A stretch of DNA of 32,000 nt from Candidatus Saccharimonas sp. (GCA_015256915.3 CP076101.2:480001-512000); one strand, 5' to 3'; counted from the first letter of the stretch, positions 12,521-21,147 are shown. Notes: a model not told the origin generated them from the letters alone. Numbers and translations: made by a program.

Positions 12521-12549
12521 ATTATAAACCGTTTAAGGTTTTTTTGCAA
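12521..12549 (-). promoter_or_regulatory. promoter of the ftsA-like operon (leaderless or near-leaderless)
   Basis: On the minus strand: TTGCAA (12549-12544), 17 nt, TATAAT (12526-12521), 9 nt, ATG at 12511. Confidence 0.6.
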
Positions 12550-12550
12550 A

Positions 12551-12583
12551 TTTTCGAAAGAAAAATCAGCCTTTCGGCTGATT
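12551..12583 (-). terminator. rho-independent terminator of alaS
   Basis: On the minus strand: AATCAGCC GAAA GGCTGATT followed by TTTTCTTTCG. An 8 bp perfect stem with a GAAA tetraloop, 8 nt after the alaS stop. Confidence 0.8.
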
Positions 12584-12591
12584 AATCTATT

Positions 12592-14475
12592 TTATCTTAA
12601 AACTGCTTTGATTCTTCGTACACCAGCACTTGAAGATTGCTCTTTAACAATCTTGAATTTCTTACCACCCTCGGCAAGTTCTCGTGTATTGTCAACATGA
12701 GGCCCACCACAAATTTCAACACTAAATGGCGTTTCACCTTCGGCTTTCATCGTATAGACTTTAACAGTCTCACCGTATTTATCACCAAACACACCAATCG
12801 CTTTTAGCTTATTTAAGGCGTAATCTGTTGGATATTCCGCCCAAGAAACTTCCAGTCCTTTCGAAATTTGATCATTAACCGTATCTTCAATCTGCTGTTT
12901 TTCTTCATCAGTTAGTTTTCGATCAAAAGTAAAATCAAAACGGAGCCGCTCAGCATTAATATTTGAGCCTTTTTGCGCAATTTGTCCCTTAAACATATTA
13001 TGGAGTGCCGCATTCATCAAGTGAGTAGCTGTATGAAGCTTGCGGTGTTCAAGGGTTTGCCCTTCAAGCCCGCCTTTAAACTTACCTTTTGAAGCCGTCT
13101 GCGAGCGTTCACGTTGCTCTTTCATTTTAATGTCAAATTCCTCACGCCAGTTTTTCGAAAGTGATATTTTGTGTCGGACAGCTTCTTCAGTTGAAAGCTC
13201 AAGCGGAAAACCAAAAGTATCATAAAGCTGGAATAATCCTGCACCCGTTAAACCCTCTTTTGAGAATTTTTCAAGCTCTCGCAAACCCTTTCGAAGCGTT
13301 CGACGGAAAGCTTTCTCTTCTTTCACCATAACTGCAATAATTTCATTAGATTTTAAAGCAACTTCCTTATAGTCTGGTGCATAGATATCGACAATTACTG
13401 GCACAATCTGTTCAACAAAATTATCTTCTACGCCCAAATCAAAAGCCTTAGCCATCGCGCGACGAATAAATTTTCGCATCACATAGCCTTGCTCTTTATT
13501 TGAAGGAATACATCCATCAACTGCCAAAAATGTTGCACTTCGCAAGTGGTCGGCAATCACGCGCATCGAAACCTTATTCTCATCGTATTTTTTACCACTA
13601 ATTTCTTCAAGTTTTTCGATAATTGGTTTCATCAAGCTAATTTGAAATACATCTGGATTGTTAATTTTCGCCGCAGCAATCCTTTCTAAACCACCACCAA
13701 AATCAACGTTTTTCTTTTCAAGTGGTTCGAAAGAACCATCTTCCGTTCGTCGATATTGCATAAAAACCTGATTGCCGATTTCCATAAACCGACCGCTGTC
13801 GCTCGCTGGATGAGCCTCACCGAAACTAACATCATGATTTTCTTCACCGAAATCATAAAAAACTTCTGAATCCGGCCCACAAGGATCACCAATTGGTGTT
13901 GAATCCAAACCACCACCACGGCTCCACCAGTTTTCTTTATCGTTATAAAAGAAAATTCGTCCGCCTTGAAGCCCGAGCCTATCACCGTTTTCGGCCGTGT
14001 CAAGCTCAACAATTTTTGCATCAATACCTTTTTCAGCAAAAACCTTTTGCCAAATCTCTGCTGATTCGTCATCACGTGGAATATTGTATTTTTCGTTACC
14101 AATAAAACAAGAAACGTATATTTTCGAAGGGTCAAGACCCACTACATCTGTTAAGAATTCAAAAAATTGCCGAATTTGCTGCTCTTTAAAATAATCACCA
14201 AGAGACCAATTTCCAAGCATTTCGAAAAAAGTTGTATGGCGGTTATCGCCAACATCATCAATATCTTGCGCCCGTAAGCAGGTCTGGCTATCTGTTAATC
14301 GCACACCCTTTGGATGTTTTTCACCCAAAAGATACGGTAAGAGCGGTTGCATTCCACTCCCCGTGAAAAGAGTTGTTGGGTCATCTTTTAAAATTAAAGA
14401 AGCGCGTTCGATTACTTCATGGCCATTTTTTTGACAGAATTCTAAATAAGCTTTTCGGATTTCTTGTGCATTCAT
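12592..14475 (-). CDS. alaS: alanine--tRNA ligase, short form (catalytic, tRNA-recognition and editing domains, no C-Ala domain)
   Basis: 627 aa. N-terminus MNAQEIRKAYLEFCQKNGHEVI..SLI..DDPTLLFTGSGM. Editing-site motifs HTATHLMNAALH and CGGPHV. Ends at ..SSSAGVRRIKAVLR, the usual end of the editing domain. Confidence 0.9.
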   Translation of the reverse strand: MNAQEIRKAYLEFCQKNGHEVIERASLILKDDPTTLFTGSGMQPLLPYLLGEKHPKGVRLTDSQTCLRAQDIDDVGDNRHTTFFEMLGNWSLGDYFKEQQIRQFFEFLTDVVGLDPSKIYVSCFIGNEKYNIPRDDESAEIWQKVFAEKGIDAKIVELDTAENGDRLGLQGGRIFFYNDKENWWSRGGGLDSTPIGDPCGPDSEVFYDFGEENHDVSFGEAHPASDSGRFMEIGNQVFMQYRRTEDGSFEPLEKKNVDFGGGLERIAAAKINNPDVFQISLMKPIIEKLEEISGKKYDENKVSMRVIADHLRSATFLAVDGCIPSNKEQGYVMRKFIRRAMAKAFDLGVEDNFVEQIVPVIVDIYAPDYKEVALKSNEIIAVMVKEEKAFRRTLRKGLRELEKFSKEGLTGAGLFQLYDTFGFPLELSTEEAVRHKISLSKNWREEFDIKMKEQRERSQTASKGKFKGGLEGQTLEHRKLHTATHLMNAALHNMFKGQIAQKGSNINAERLRFDFTFDRKLTDEEKQQIEDTVNDQISKGLEVSWAEYPTDYALNKLKAIGVFGDKYGETVKVYTMKAEGETPFSVEICGGPHVDNTRELAEGGKKFKIVKEQSSSAGVRRIKAVLR

Positions 14476-14483
14476 ATTCTTTC

Positions 14484-14512
14484 ATTTTACCAAATTTTAG
14501 CGTTTTTAGCAA
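14484..14512 (-). promoter_or_regulatory. promoter of alaS (leaderless configuration)
   Basis: On the minus strand: TTGCTA (14512-14507), 17 nt spacer ending in TGG, TAAAAT (14489-14484), 8 nt (GAAAGAAT), ATG at 14475. Confidence 0.6.
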
Positions 14513-14577
14513 ATTGTTAATTTTTGCAATTATATTTTATATAATTTAAATATTCTATTATACTTTGAAGGCACATT

Positions 14578-14742
14578 ATGAGTGGAATAAGAGCTTCTCG
14601 CTCATTTATAGTTTGTTTTTTACTTTCAGTTTTTATAATCATTTATATCGGTATACTTATATTCGCCATTTCGAATAATGAGTCCAACAACAATCAGACC
14701 AATGATCCAAAAAATGAACAAAGAATTGAAAAATTAGAATAA
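14578..14742 (+). CDS. small hypothetical membrane protein (54 aa), not in the ORF track
   Basis: ATG at 14578 preceded by GAAGG 6 nt upstream. Translation is MSGIRASRSFIVCFLLSVFIIIYIGILIFAISNNESNNNQTNDPKNEQRIEKLE: a positive N-terminus, one TM helix and a polar tail. A strong terminator follows. Confidence 0.4.
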   Translation: MSGIRASRSFIVCFLLSVFIIIYIGILIFAISNNESNNNQTNDPKNEQRIEKLE

Positions 14743-14774
14743 AACTACTATATCTAGACTTAATTATTTTCGAA

Positions 14775-14803
14775 AGTCAGTACATACTGACTTTTTGTTT
14801 TTT
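14775..14803 (+). terminator. rho-independent terminator after the 54 aa ORF
   Basis: AGTCAGT ACAT ACTGACT (perfect 7 bp stem) followed by TTTTTGTTTTTT. Confidence 0.75.
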
Positions 14804-14844
14804 ATAATAAATAAAACCACTCTTCAATTTTAGAAAAGTGGTTT
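14801..14844 (-). terminator. terminator of the pgk-tpiA-427aa operon
   Basis: On the minus strand: AAACCACTTTTC TAAAATT GAAGAGTGGTTT (12 bp stem with one G-U pair) followed by TATTTATTAT. It lies about 20 nt after the stop at 14867. Confidence 0.6.
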
Positions 14845-14866
14845 AATATCTTAAGACTACAAAATT

Positions 14867-16150
14867 CTATTGAAATGCCACCAGATACGCTACTAATCCA
14901 GCACCAGCACCAAGCATTAGAATTGCAATTATAGCTAGCACAACACCCCAGCCAGATTTCTTTTTATGCTTAATAGGTGCAGAATATTCATCGCTCGAAA
15001 GAATCGGTGCTGACATTTTTGCTCGCCGAAGTTCCTTTGTAATCGTTGCAGATTTTTGCTCGTAGTTAGAAACCGGCTTTTTAAATTCGAAACCTTTAGC
15101 CTGATTTTGATTTGTACCTAAAGGTCTTTTTTCAATTTGTGGATTCTGTACGAAAGGTGTTTTTGGCTTTTCAATTTCATCAACAGGCTGAATTATCACC
15201 TTTTCCGAAGCTTCATTTTGTTTTGAATTTTCTTCAATTCTTTCATCAACCTCAAAAATATCTATTCTTTTATTATTTTCTTTGATTTGCTCTGATTGAT
15301 TTTTCAGCCCAGTCTTAACTTCAATCTTTGAAGCTTCGGTTTCAGCTTTGTCATCTATATCCTTTTTAATTTCATCATAATTATCAAGAGTAATCGTATT
15401 ACCACTGGCTTTTAAGCTTGAAATTTCTGGCATAACTTTTTCTGGCTCATTTTCAAGATTTAGATTTTCAAAATTTGAACTAGAAACTTTTCGCTCTGGA
15501 ATTTCAACCGTATGTTCGCCATGGAAAACTCGAAGTTTATTGCTATCATCACCAATCCGATAGACACCAGCATAAAACTCCGCCCGACTTGGCGTGGTGG
15601 TTTTTTGCTCCGCAATATTAATTTCATTTTTTTGAGATTGAACTTCGGTTTCTTTTTTTACTTGAGCTTTTTCATTTTTTGAAACAACTTTTTTTCGAAT
15701 CGGTGAATTTTCAAGCTTTTTGATATTTCGAATTGGTTTTTCACCGCCATATGTTTCTAAAATTGGGCTTTCGAAAGCAATTTTCTCTTCTCTTGCCAAA
15801 AGTGAAACACCAAAATTGTCGCGGTGATGTTCTGGTGGAACGGGCGCACTAAAATCATCCAAAATTCGAACTCTTGGTTTTTTATAAACAGATTTTTTCT
15901 CATTTTTTGGTTTTTCAGCGACCTTTTCAATATTTCGAATTTGTGCTTTTTCGTTATTTTGATGCAATTGGTTTGCCGGCTGCGGAGCTTTTCGTGCAAA
16001 AACCATTTTTTGTTGCTCACGAGAATGCTCAATCTGGCTTTCGATTTTCGAAAAAACCTCATTATTTTTCTCTTTTGAATTTGGCACAACACCATTTTCA
16101 AGATAGCTTCCAACTGCTTTATCTAATTCTTCAAAATCTATATCTCGCAT
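14867..16150 (-). CDS. hypothetical Lys/Glu-rich, probably disordered protein with a single C-terminal TM anchor
   Basis: 427 aa. AAGGA Shine-Dalgarno 5 nt before the ATG, 10 nt after the tpiA stop. Low-complexity K/E/N-rich body. The C-terminus KKKSGWGVVLAIIAILMLGAGAGLVAYLVAFQ is a tail anchor. Confidence 0.65.
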   Translation of the reverse strand: MRDIDFEELDKAVGSYLENGVVPNSKEKNNEVFSKIESQIEHSREQQKMVFARKAPQPANQLHQNNEKAQIRNIEKVAEKPKNEKKSVYKKPRVRILDDFSAPVPPEHHRDNFGVSLLAREEKIAFESPILETYGGEKPIRNIKKLENSPIRKKVVSKNEKAQVKKETEVQSQKNEINIAEQKTTTPSRAEFYAGVYRIGDDSNKLRVFHGEHTVEIPERKVSSSNFENLNLENEPEKVMPEISSLKASGNTITLDNYDEIKKDIDDKAETEASKIEVKTGLKNQSEQIKENNKRIDIFEVDERIEENSKQNEASEKVIIQPVDEIEKPKTPFVQNPQIEKRPLGTNQNQAKGFEFKKPVSNYEQKSATITKELRRAKMSAPILSSDEYSAPIKHKKKSGWGVVLAIIAILMLGAGAGLVAYLVAFQ

Positions 16151-16160
16151 ATTTTTCCTT

Positions 16161-16928
16161 TTACTTTTTTATTGTTTCAAAAACTTTTTCTGCAATTTTA
16201 GCAAATTTTTCAACGCTCAAGCTTGCTCCGCCAATTAGCAAACCATCTATTCCTTTAATATTTGCATAATCCGTTGCGAATTCTGGCTGTACACTTCCAC
16301 CATAAACTACTTGAATATTCTCAGCAGTTTTTGCGCCATAAAGTTGTTTTATTTGATTTCGAATAACTTTTACCGCTTTTCGAATATCATCAGGGTTAGC
16401 ATTCACGCCAGTTCCGATCGCCCAAACCGGTTCATATGCAATAATCACTTTCGTAATATCTTCACTCGATACATTTGCAAGCCCGCCAATTAGCTGATCA
16501 TTCAGAACTAAATCAGTTTCATTATGATTTCGCTCATCAGATGTTTCACCAATACACAAAATTGGTCGAATATCGTTTCGAATCGCTGCAGCAACTTTTG
16601 CACGTATATCTTTATCTGTTTCGTGAAAAATATTTCGCCTTTCAGAATGGCCAACTAACGCATATTGGACAATTCCGCGGAGCTGTGAAATTGCTATTTC
16701 GCCAGTAAAAGCTCCGTGATCTCGCCAATAAAAATTCTGTGCTGCTAACTTAAATTGCCTATGATTAACTTGCAAACTCAAAGATTGCAGAGTGAAAGTT
16801 GATGGCGCGAGAATAATTTCCATTCCACGATGAGCTTGAATTTTATCACTCAATTTATGCAAAAAAATACTCGATTCCTGCATATTTAAGTTCATTTTCC
16901 AGTTGGCGATAACAAGTTTTTTATCCAT
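16161..16928 (-). CDS. tpiA: triose-phosphate isomerase
   Basis: 255 aa. VIANWKMN, GHSERR, AYEPVWAIGTG and YGGSV motifs. Confidence 0.92.
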   Translation of the reverse strand: MDKKLVIANWKMNLNMQESSIFLHKLSDKIQAHRGMEIILAPSTFTLQSLSLQVNHRQFKLAAQNFYWRDHGAFTGEIAISQLRGIVQYALVGHSERRNIFHETDKDIRAKVAAAIRNDIRPILCIGETSDERNHNETDLVLNDQLIGGLANVSSEDITKVIIAYEPVWAIGTGVNANPDDIRKAVKVIRNQIKQLYGAKTAENIQVVYGGSVQPEFATDYANIKGIDGLLIGGASLSVEKFAKIAEKVFETIKK

Positions 16929-16937
16929 AATACTTTT

Positions 16938-16966
16938 ATTTTATCATTTTATTTTATTTTTGTAAA
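16938..16966 (-). promoter_or_regulatory. candidate internal promoter for tpiA (leaderless or near-leaderless)
   Basis: On the minus strand: TTTACA (16966-16961), 17 nt spacer ending in TGA, TAAAAT (16943-16938), 9 nt, ATG at 16928. There is no Shine-Dalgarno in the 41 nt pgk-tpiA gap. Confidence 0.45.
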
Positions 16967-16969
16967 TTC

Positions 16970-18286
16970 TTATGCTTTATTTTCTAGAACTTCAAATCCT
17001 GGTAAAATTTCGCCACTCATCAATTCAAGAGCTGCACCACCACCAGTTGAAATTAATGAAAAATCTGCATTTTCCGCATTTTGACTCGACCAATCCAAAA
17101 CAAAAGCTGAAGTGTCACCACCGCCAACTATTGATTTTGCACCATTTTTTGTAGATTTCGAAATTGCAGAACAAGTTCGAGAAGAGCCTTTTGCAAAATT
17201 CTCAAATTCAGCATAACCAATTGTTCCATTCCAAACTATCATTTTTGCATTTAAAATTTCATTTTCAATTCTCTGAATCGATTTTTCCCCTAAATCAAGG
17301 ATGATCTCGTTTTCTAAAACCGCCGTAACAGGCTTTTCGATTCTCTCAGCATTTTTCGAAAACTCACTCGCCACAGCAACATCTTCTGGCAAAATTATGA
17401 AACTTCGCAAACCATTAAACCCAACTTTTCGCTCCGCAAGTTTAAAAATCTGTTCAATAATCTCATTTTGGCCATCTTCAATTCGACTTTTTCCAACTTC
17501 AACATTTAAATATTTTAAAAAAGTATTAGCCATAGCTCCAGCTACGATAATTTTATCGGCTCGCTCAATAAATTTCTCAATTAATGGTAATTTGTCAGAC
17601 ATTTTCGCACCACCCATTACCGCCACAAATGGTCTTTCGGGATTCTTAAAAGCTTGCAAGATTGTCGAGTATTCTTTTTCAAGTAACAAACCAGCTATGC
17701 TTGGCATTTTTTTAGCAATTTCACTAGTTGAAGTATGCCCACGATGAATAACGCCAAAACCATCTTGCACAAATAAGTCCGCACCAGTAACCTGCGCTAA
17801 CGCTTCCGCAAATTCTGGTAAATTATTTTTTTCAGCCTTTGAAAAACGCAAATTCTCTAACATTTCAATCTTATAGTTATCATCCGCATCTTTCATTGAA
17901 ACCGAGTATCGTGTTCGCGGAAAGATTGGCGTAGTGTGAAAATTCATAGGAAAATTCAAGCCTTCAGCTCGTAGAAGCTCGCGCAAATTATTAAAAACTG
18001 GTCGCAAAGAATATTTTCGAGTTCCATTAGGCAAATGTTCAAGTTCATCTAAATCGGCAATCCCTTCAACCGATTTTGGTCGCCCCATATGCGAAATAAT
18101 AATTATTTTTTTAGCCCCTCGTTCAATCAGATTTTTTATTGTTGGTAAACTCGCCCGAATTCGATAATTATTCAAAATTTTCGCTGAGCCACTTTCTAAG
18201 TATTCAATAGGTACGTTATAATCTGCACGAAGTAAAATTACTTTTCCTTGCACATCAACGTCATTTATAGTTTTTTTATTAAACAT
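16970..18286 (-). CDS. pgk: phosphoglycerate kinase
   Basis: 438 aa. LLRADYNVP N-terminal motif, GGAKMSDKLPLI and VGGGDT nucleotide-binding motifs. AAAGGAA Shine-Dalgarno 4 nt upstream and a TGTGTAAAAT -10 about 25 nt upstream. It is longer than typical Pgk because of an insertion around residues 75-130. Confidence 0.9.
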   Translation of the reverse strand: MFNKKTINDVDVQGKVILLRADYNVPIEYLESGSAKILNNYRIRASLPTIKNLIERGAKKIIIISHMGRPKSVEGIADLDELEHLPNGTRKYSLRPVFNNLRELLRAEGLNFPMNFHTTPIFPRTRYSVSMKDADDNYKIEMLENLRFSKAEKNNLPEFAEALAQVTGADLFVQDGFGVIHRGHTSTSEIAKKMPSIAGLLLEKEYSTILQAFKNPERPFVAVMGGAKMSDKLPLIEKFIERADKIIVAGAMANTFLKYLNVEVGKSRIEDGQNEIIEQIFKLAERKVGFNGLRSFIILPEDVAVASEFSKNAERIEKPVTAVLENEIILDLGEKSIQRIENEILNAKMIVWNGTIGYAEFENFAKGSSRTCSAISKSTKNGAKSIVGGGDTSAFVLDWSSQNAENADFSLISTGGGAALELMSGEILPGFEVLENKA

Positions 18287-18460
18287 TTTGTTCCTTTTTA
18301 TTTTGAAAATATTTTACACAATTTTAACATAAACTCATTAATTATTCAACTATTTTATTTCATAGGCTATATATTTTATATTACCAAAAAAATAGCAAAA
18401 CTCCGCTCCAGTCATATCTAATTCTATAAAATATGTTACACCAATTTTAATAATAATCTA

Positions 18461-18489
18461 TTGACATATAAATAATTTTGTGCTATAAT
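18461..18489 (+). promoter_or_regulatory. perfect consensus extended -10 sigma70 promoter with no annotated gene downstream
   Basis: TTGACA (18461-18466), 17 nt spacer ending in TGC, TATAAT (18484-18489). It points away from pgk and towards the 3' end of typA. Confidence 0.7.
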
Positions 18490-18495
18490 GATAAC

Positions 18496-18685
18496 ATAAT
18501 CATCCAAAAAATAAAAAGTATCAAAATAAAAAATGATTATAGAAAGGAAACATTTTGTTTAAAGTTATTCGAGTAAACCAATCCGAAGAATCTTATTCGG
18601 TGAACGTTCGAACAAGTCGCAAAAAATAATTAAGACTTTCAAAAATCTAAAAAATCGCCCGCTGTCCTTGGGGCGATTTTTAAAT
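18496..18685 (+). ncRNA. candidate orphan small transcript (sRNA and/or micropeptide mRNA), function unknown
   Basis: Bounded by the consensus promoter at 18461-18489 and the terminator at 18651-18685. Contains an 8 bp hairpin ATAATCAT..ATGATTAT (18498-18540), a CCGAA..TTCGG hairpin (18583-18600), and a possible 24-codon TTG-initiated ORF at 18555-18629 (MFKVIRVNQSEESYSVNVRTSRKK) behind AGGA. Confidence 0.3.
18651..18685. terminator. bidirectional rho-independent terminator (typA on the minus strand, orphan transcript on the plus strand)
   Basis: AAAATCGCCC GCTGTCCTTG GGGCGATTTT. The stem is flanked by an A-run on the left and a T-run on the right, so it reads as a terminator on both strands. 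It lies 25 nt after the typA stop. Confidence 0.75.
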
Positions 18686-18709
18686 ATTTTAATAAATTGT
18701 CAAGTGTTA

Positions 18710-20536
18710 TTATTTAGTAGATTTCGCCATTCGTTTGCGTTCATTTGAGTCGAGATAGCGCTTTCGAAGACGCAAATTCTGTGGCGTAACTTCAAGAAGT
18801 TCATCATCTTCAATAAAATCAATGCACTGTTCAAGACTTAAATCCGTAAATGGTGTTAACTGAACCGCACCATCAGAAGATTTTGAGCGCATATTTGTTA
18901 GATGTTTTTCTTTCACAACATTAATTTCAAGGTCTTCTTGGCGGTTATTTAGCCCCACTATCATTCCGGCATAGACTTCAGTTCCTGGGCCGATAAATAA
19001 TTCACCACGGCTCTCCGCACTTTGAAGTGCATAAGGTGTTGATACTCCTTTTTCGAAAGCAATCAATACGCCATTTCGGCTTGAAGGAATTTTAGCTCCC
19101 ATCTCTTGATAACCGTGCGGTAAACTATTCATAATGATAGTACCTTTTGTAGCGGTTAGCATTAGATTTCGAAGACCAATCATTGCACGTGTTGTAATAA
19201 TATAAGTTAAGCGAGTAGCTCCTGTTGGTAGGCTTTCTTGAGCACGCATTTCCGCTCGGCGAGTTCCCATCTCTTGGCTCACCGCACCGACAAATTCCGG
19301 CGCAACTTCAATAATTAATTCTTCAACTGGCTCTTTTTCGATACCGTCTTCCTGAATTGTAACCACTTGTGGGCGACCAACTTCAAACTCAAAGCCCTCG
19401 CGGCGCAAGGTTTCAATCAAAACAGAAAGGTGAAGTTCACCACGACCTGAAATAATAAAACCAATTCCACTTTCTTCAACTTGTAGCGAAACATTTGTTT
19501 CGAGCTCTTTCTTTAGTCGATCGCCAATTTGACGTGAAGTTGTAAACTCACCTTCACGACCTTTCATTGGGCTAGTGTTTGGGCCAAGATACATCGAAAG
19601 AGTTGGTTTTTCAACCTCAATTGTCGGCAAAGCTTCAGGATTATTTGCATCAGCCAAAGTTTCACCAATCTCAGCTTCAGAGACACCTGTAATTGCAACA
19701 ATGTCACCCGCAAAAGCCTCTGTAATTTCTTCACGATGAAGCCCTCGATACGCAAAAAGCTTATCGATTTTTGACTTTTTAACAGTTCCATCACGCTTAA
19801 TTAAAGCAATTTGTTCTCCGGCTTTAACTTTTCCGCGAGAAATTCGCCCAATCGCATATTTTCCTAAGAAATTATCGTAAGTCAAAGAAGTCACAAGTAA
19901 CTGGAAATCACCTTCAAGTTCAACTTTTGGTGCAGGAATTTCATTAATAATTGCTTCAAAAATAGGTTCGAAATTTGCTTCAGCTTCTGGATTCTCTGGA
20001 ACCTCAGGCCAAGCCTTACCATCGCGACCAATCGCATAGTATGTCGGATATAGAAGCTGATCATCATTTGTTGCTAATTCTAAGAATAAATCTGAAACTT
20101 CGTCGTTCACTTCTGTAATTCTGCGAGCCGGCTTATCAATTTTATTCACTACCACAATCGGCTTCAACCCAAGTTCAAGCGCTTTCGAAAGAACGAATTT
20201 AGTTTGCGGCATTGGACCCTCTTGAGCATCTACCACCAAAATCACGCCATCCGCCATATTTAGCGTGCGTTCAACCTCGCCAGAAAAATCGGCGTGTCCC
20301 GGAGTATCAATAATGTTAATTTTGTAATCGCCATGATAAATTGATGTCTGCTTTGCGGTAATCGTAATTCCGCGTTCTGATTCTTGATCTCCTGAGTCCA
20401 TCAAAAGAGTTTGACTCATTTCAGCCTGATTTTCACGAAAAGTATTACTCTGTTTTAAAAGACCGTCCACTAAAGTTGTTTTTCCGTGGTCAACGTGAGC
20501 AATAATCGCTACATTTCGAATATTTTCTGATTTCAT
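18710..20536 (-). CDS. typA: translational GTPase TypA/BipA
   Basis: 608 aa. [31 protein letters not shown], and the EF-G-like domain order with a BipA-type C-terminus. Confidence 0.92.
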   Translation of the reverse strand: MKSENIRNVAIIAHVDHGKTTLVDGLLKQSNTFRENQAEMSQTLLMDSGDQESERGITITAKQTSIYHGDYKINIIDTPGHADFSGEVERTLNMADGVILVVDAQEGPMPQTKFVLSKALELGLKPIVVVNKIDKPARRITEVNDEVSDLFLELATNDDQLLYPTYYAIGRDGKAWPEVPENPEAEANFEPIFEAIINEIPAPKVELEGDFQLLVTSLTYDNFLGKYAIGRISRGKVKAGEQIALIKRDGTVKKSKIDKLFAYRGLHREEITEAFAGDIVAITGVSEAEIGETLADANNPEALPTIEVEKPTLSMYLGPNTSPMKGREGEFTTSRQIGDRLKKELETNVSLQVEESGIGFIISGRGELHLSVLIETLRREGFEFEVGRPQVVTIQEDGIEKEPVEELIIEVAPEFVGAVSQEMGTRRAEMRAQESLPTGATRLTYIITTRAMIGLRNLMLTATKGTIIMNSLPHGYQEMGAKIPSSRNGVLIAFEKGVSTPYALQSAESRGELFIGPGTEVYAGMIVGLNNRQEDLEINVVKEKHLTNMRSKSSDGAVQLTPFTDLSLEQCIDFIEDDELLEVTPQNLRLRKRYLDSNERKRMAKSTK

Positions 20537-20608
20537 ATTTTCTCTCTATTAAAAATTATTATAAAACTTTAAATATTCTACCACTTTTTTCGCTAAAAAT
20601 CAACCAAA

Positions 20609-21058
20609 CTATTTAGAGAAATTACGCCACCAAAGAATTTTATTTGTAACATTAAATAGCCAACGCACTCGCCGATTATAATTTAAAATTATCAAATGCG
20701 TGTGCTGATGCTTAACAGTTTTTCGAACGTTTTGCGCTGCACGAGCGTAAATTGAAAAACCCCGAGCTTCGTATTTTGACAAAATTTCAAAATATTCTTC
20801 CTTTTCTGCTGGCGAAAAATTACTAATTGTATCTGTAAATTTCTTTGGAATTAGAAGTAAATGTTTTTCAACTTCGAACCCATCCCAAATTTGATACGGA
20901 AACAAGTTTTCAACCAGTACAAAATGTTCAAATTTTTCTATAACCAAATTATCGCGTATTGCTCTGTTGTAAAAATTATAATCTTCGCCCTCATGTTTTT
21001 TATTTTTTGCATATTTTTCATATTTTTTACCAATCCCGTTAGGTTTTCTTGTGTCCAT
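20609..21058 (-). CDS. HIT (histidine triad) family protein
   Basis: 149 aa with the histidine triad HQHTHLI near the C-terminus and an LLIPKK strand typical of HIT folds. Substrate unknown. Confidence 0.65.
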   Translation of the reverse strand: MDTRKPNGIGKKYEKYAKNKKHEGEDYNFYNRAIRDNLVIEKFEHFVLVENLFPYQIWDGFEVEKHLLLIPKKFTDTISNFSPAEKEEYFEILSKYEARGFSIYARAAQNVRKTVKHQHTHLIILNYNRRVRWLFNVTNKILWWRNFSK

Positions 21059-21066
21059 TCTTTTTT

Positions 21067-21095
21067 ATTTTACCTTTCGATTATGCACATTTATC
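21067..21095 (-). promoter_or_regulatory. candidate promoter of the HIT gene (leaderless configuration, weak -35)
   Basis: On the minus strand: TAAAAT (21072-21067), 8 nt (AAAAAAGA), ATG at 21058. The -35 region is poor (GATAAA). Confidence 0.35.
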
Positions 21096-21147
21096 TAAAT
21101 AATCTTAACATAACTTTAATATTTTTTCAAAAAAATGAAAAAAGTTG

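Noticed and set aside
13686-14135. A 149 aa ORF on the minus strand inside alaS in another frame. Similar long alternative-frame or antisense ORFs occur at 888-1205, 10581-10976, 12080-12481, 15874-16269, 17301-17747, 24194-24517, 24925-25245, 25540-25860 and 27873-28466.
   Set aside because: All lie entirely within strongly supported genes. Their translations are low-complexity and rich in F, L, I, S and K, with no motifs. They have no promoter or Shine-Dalgarno of their own. I treat them as shadow ORFs.
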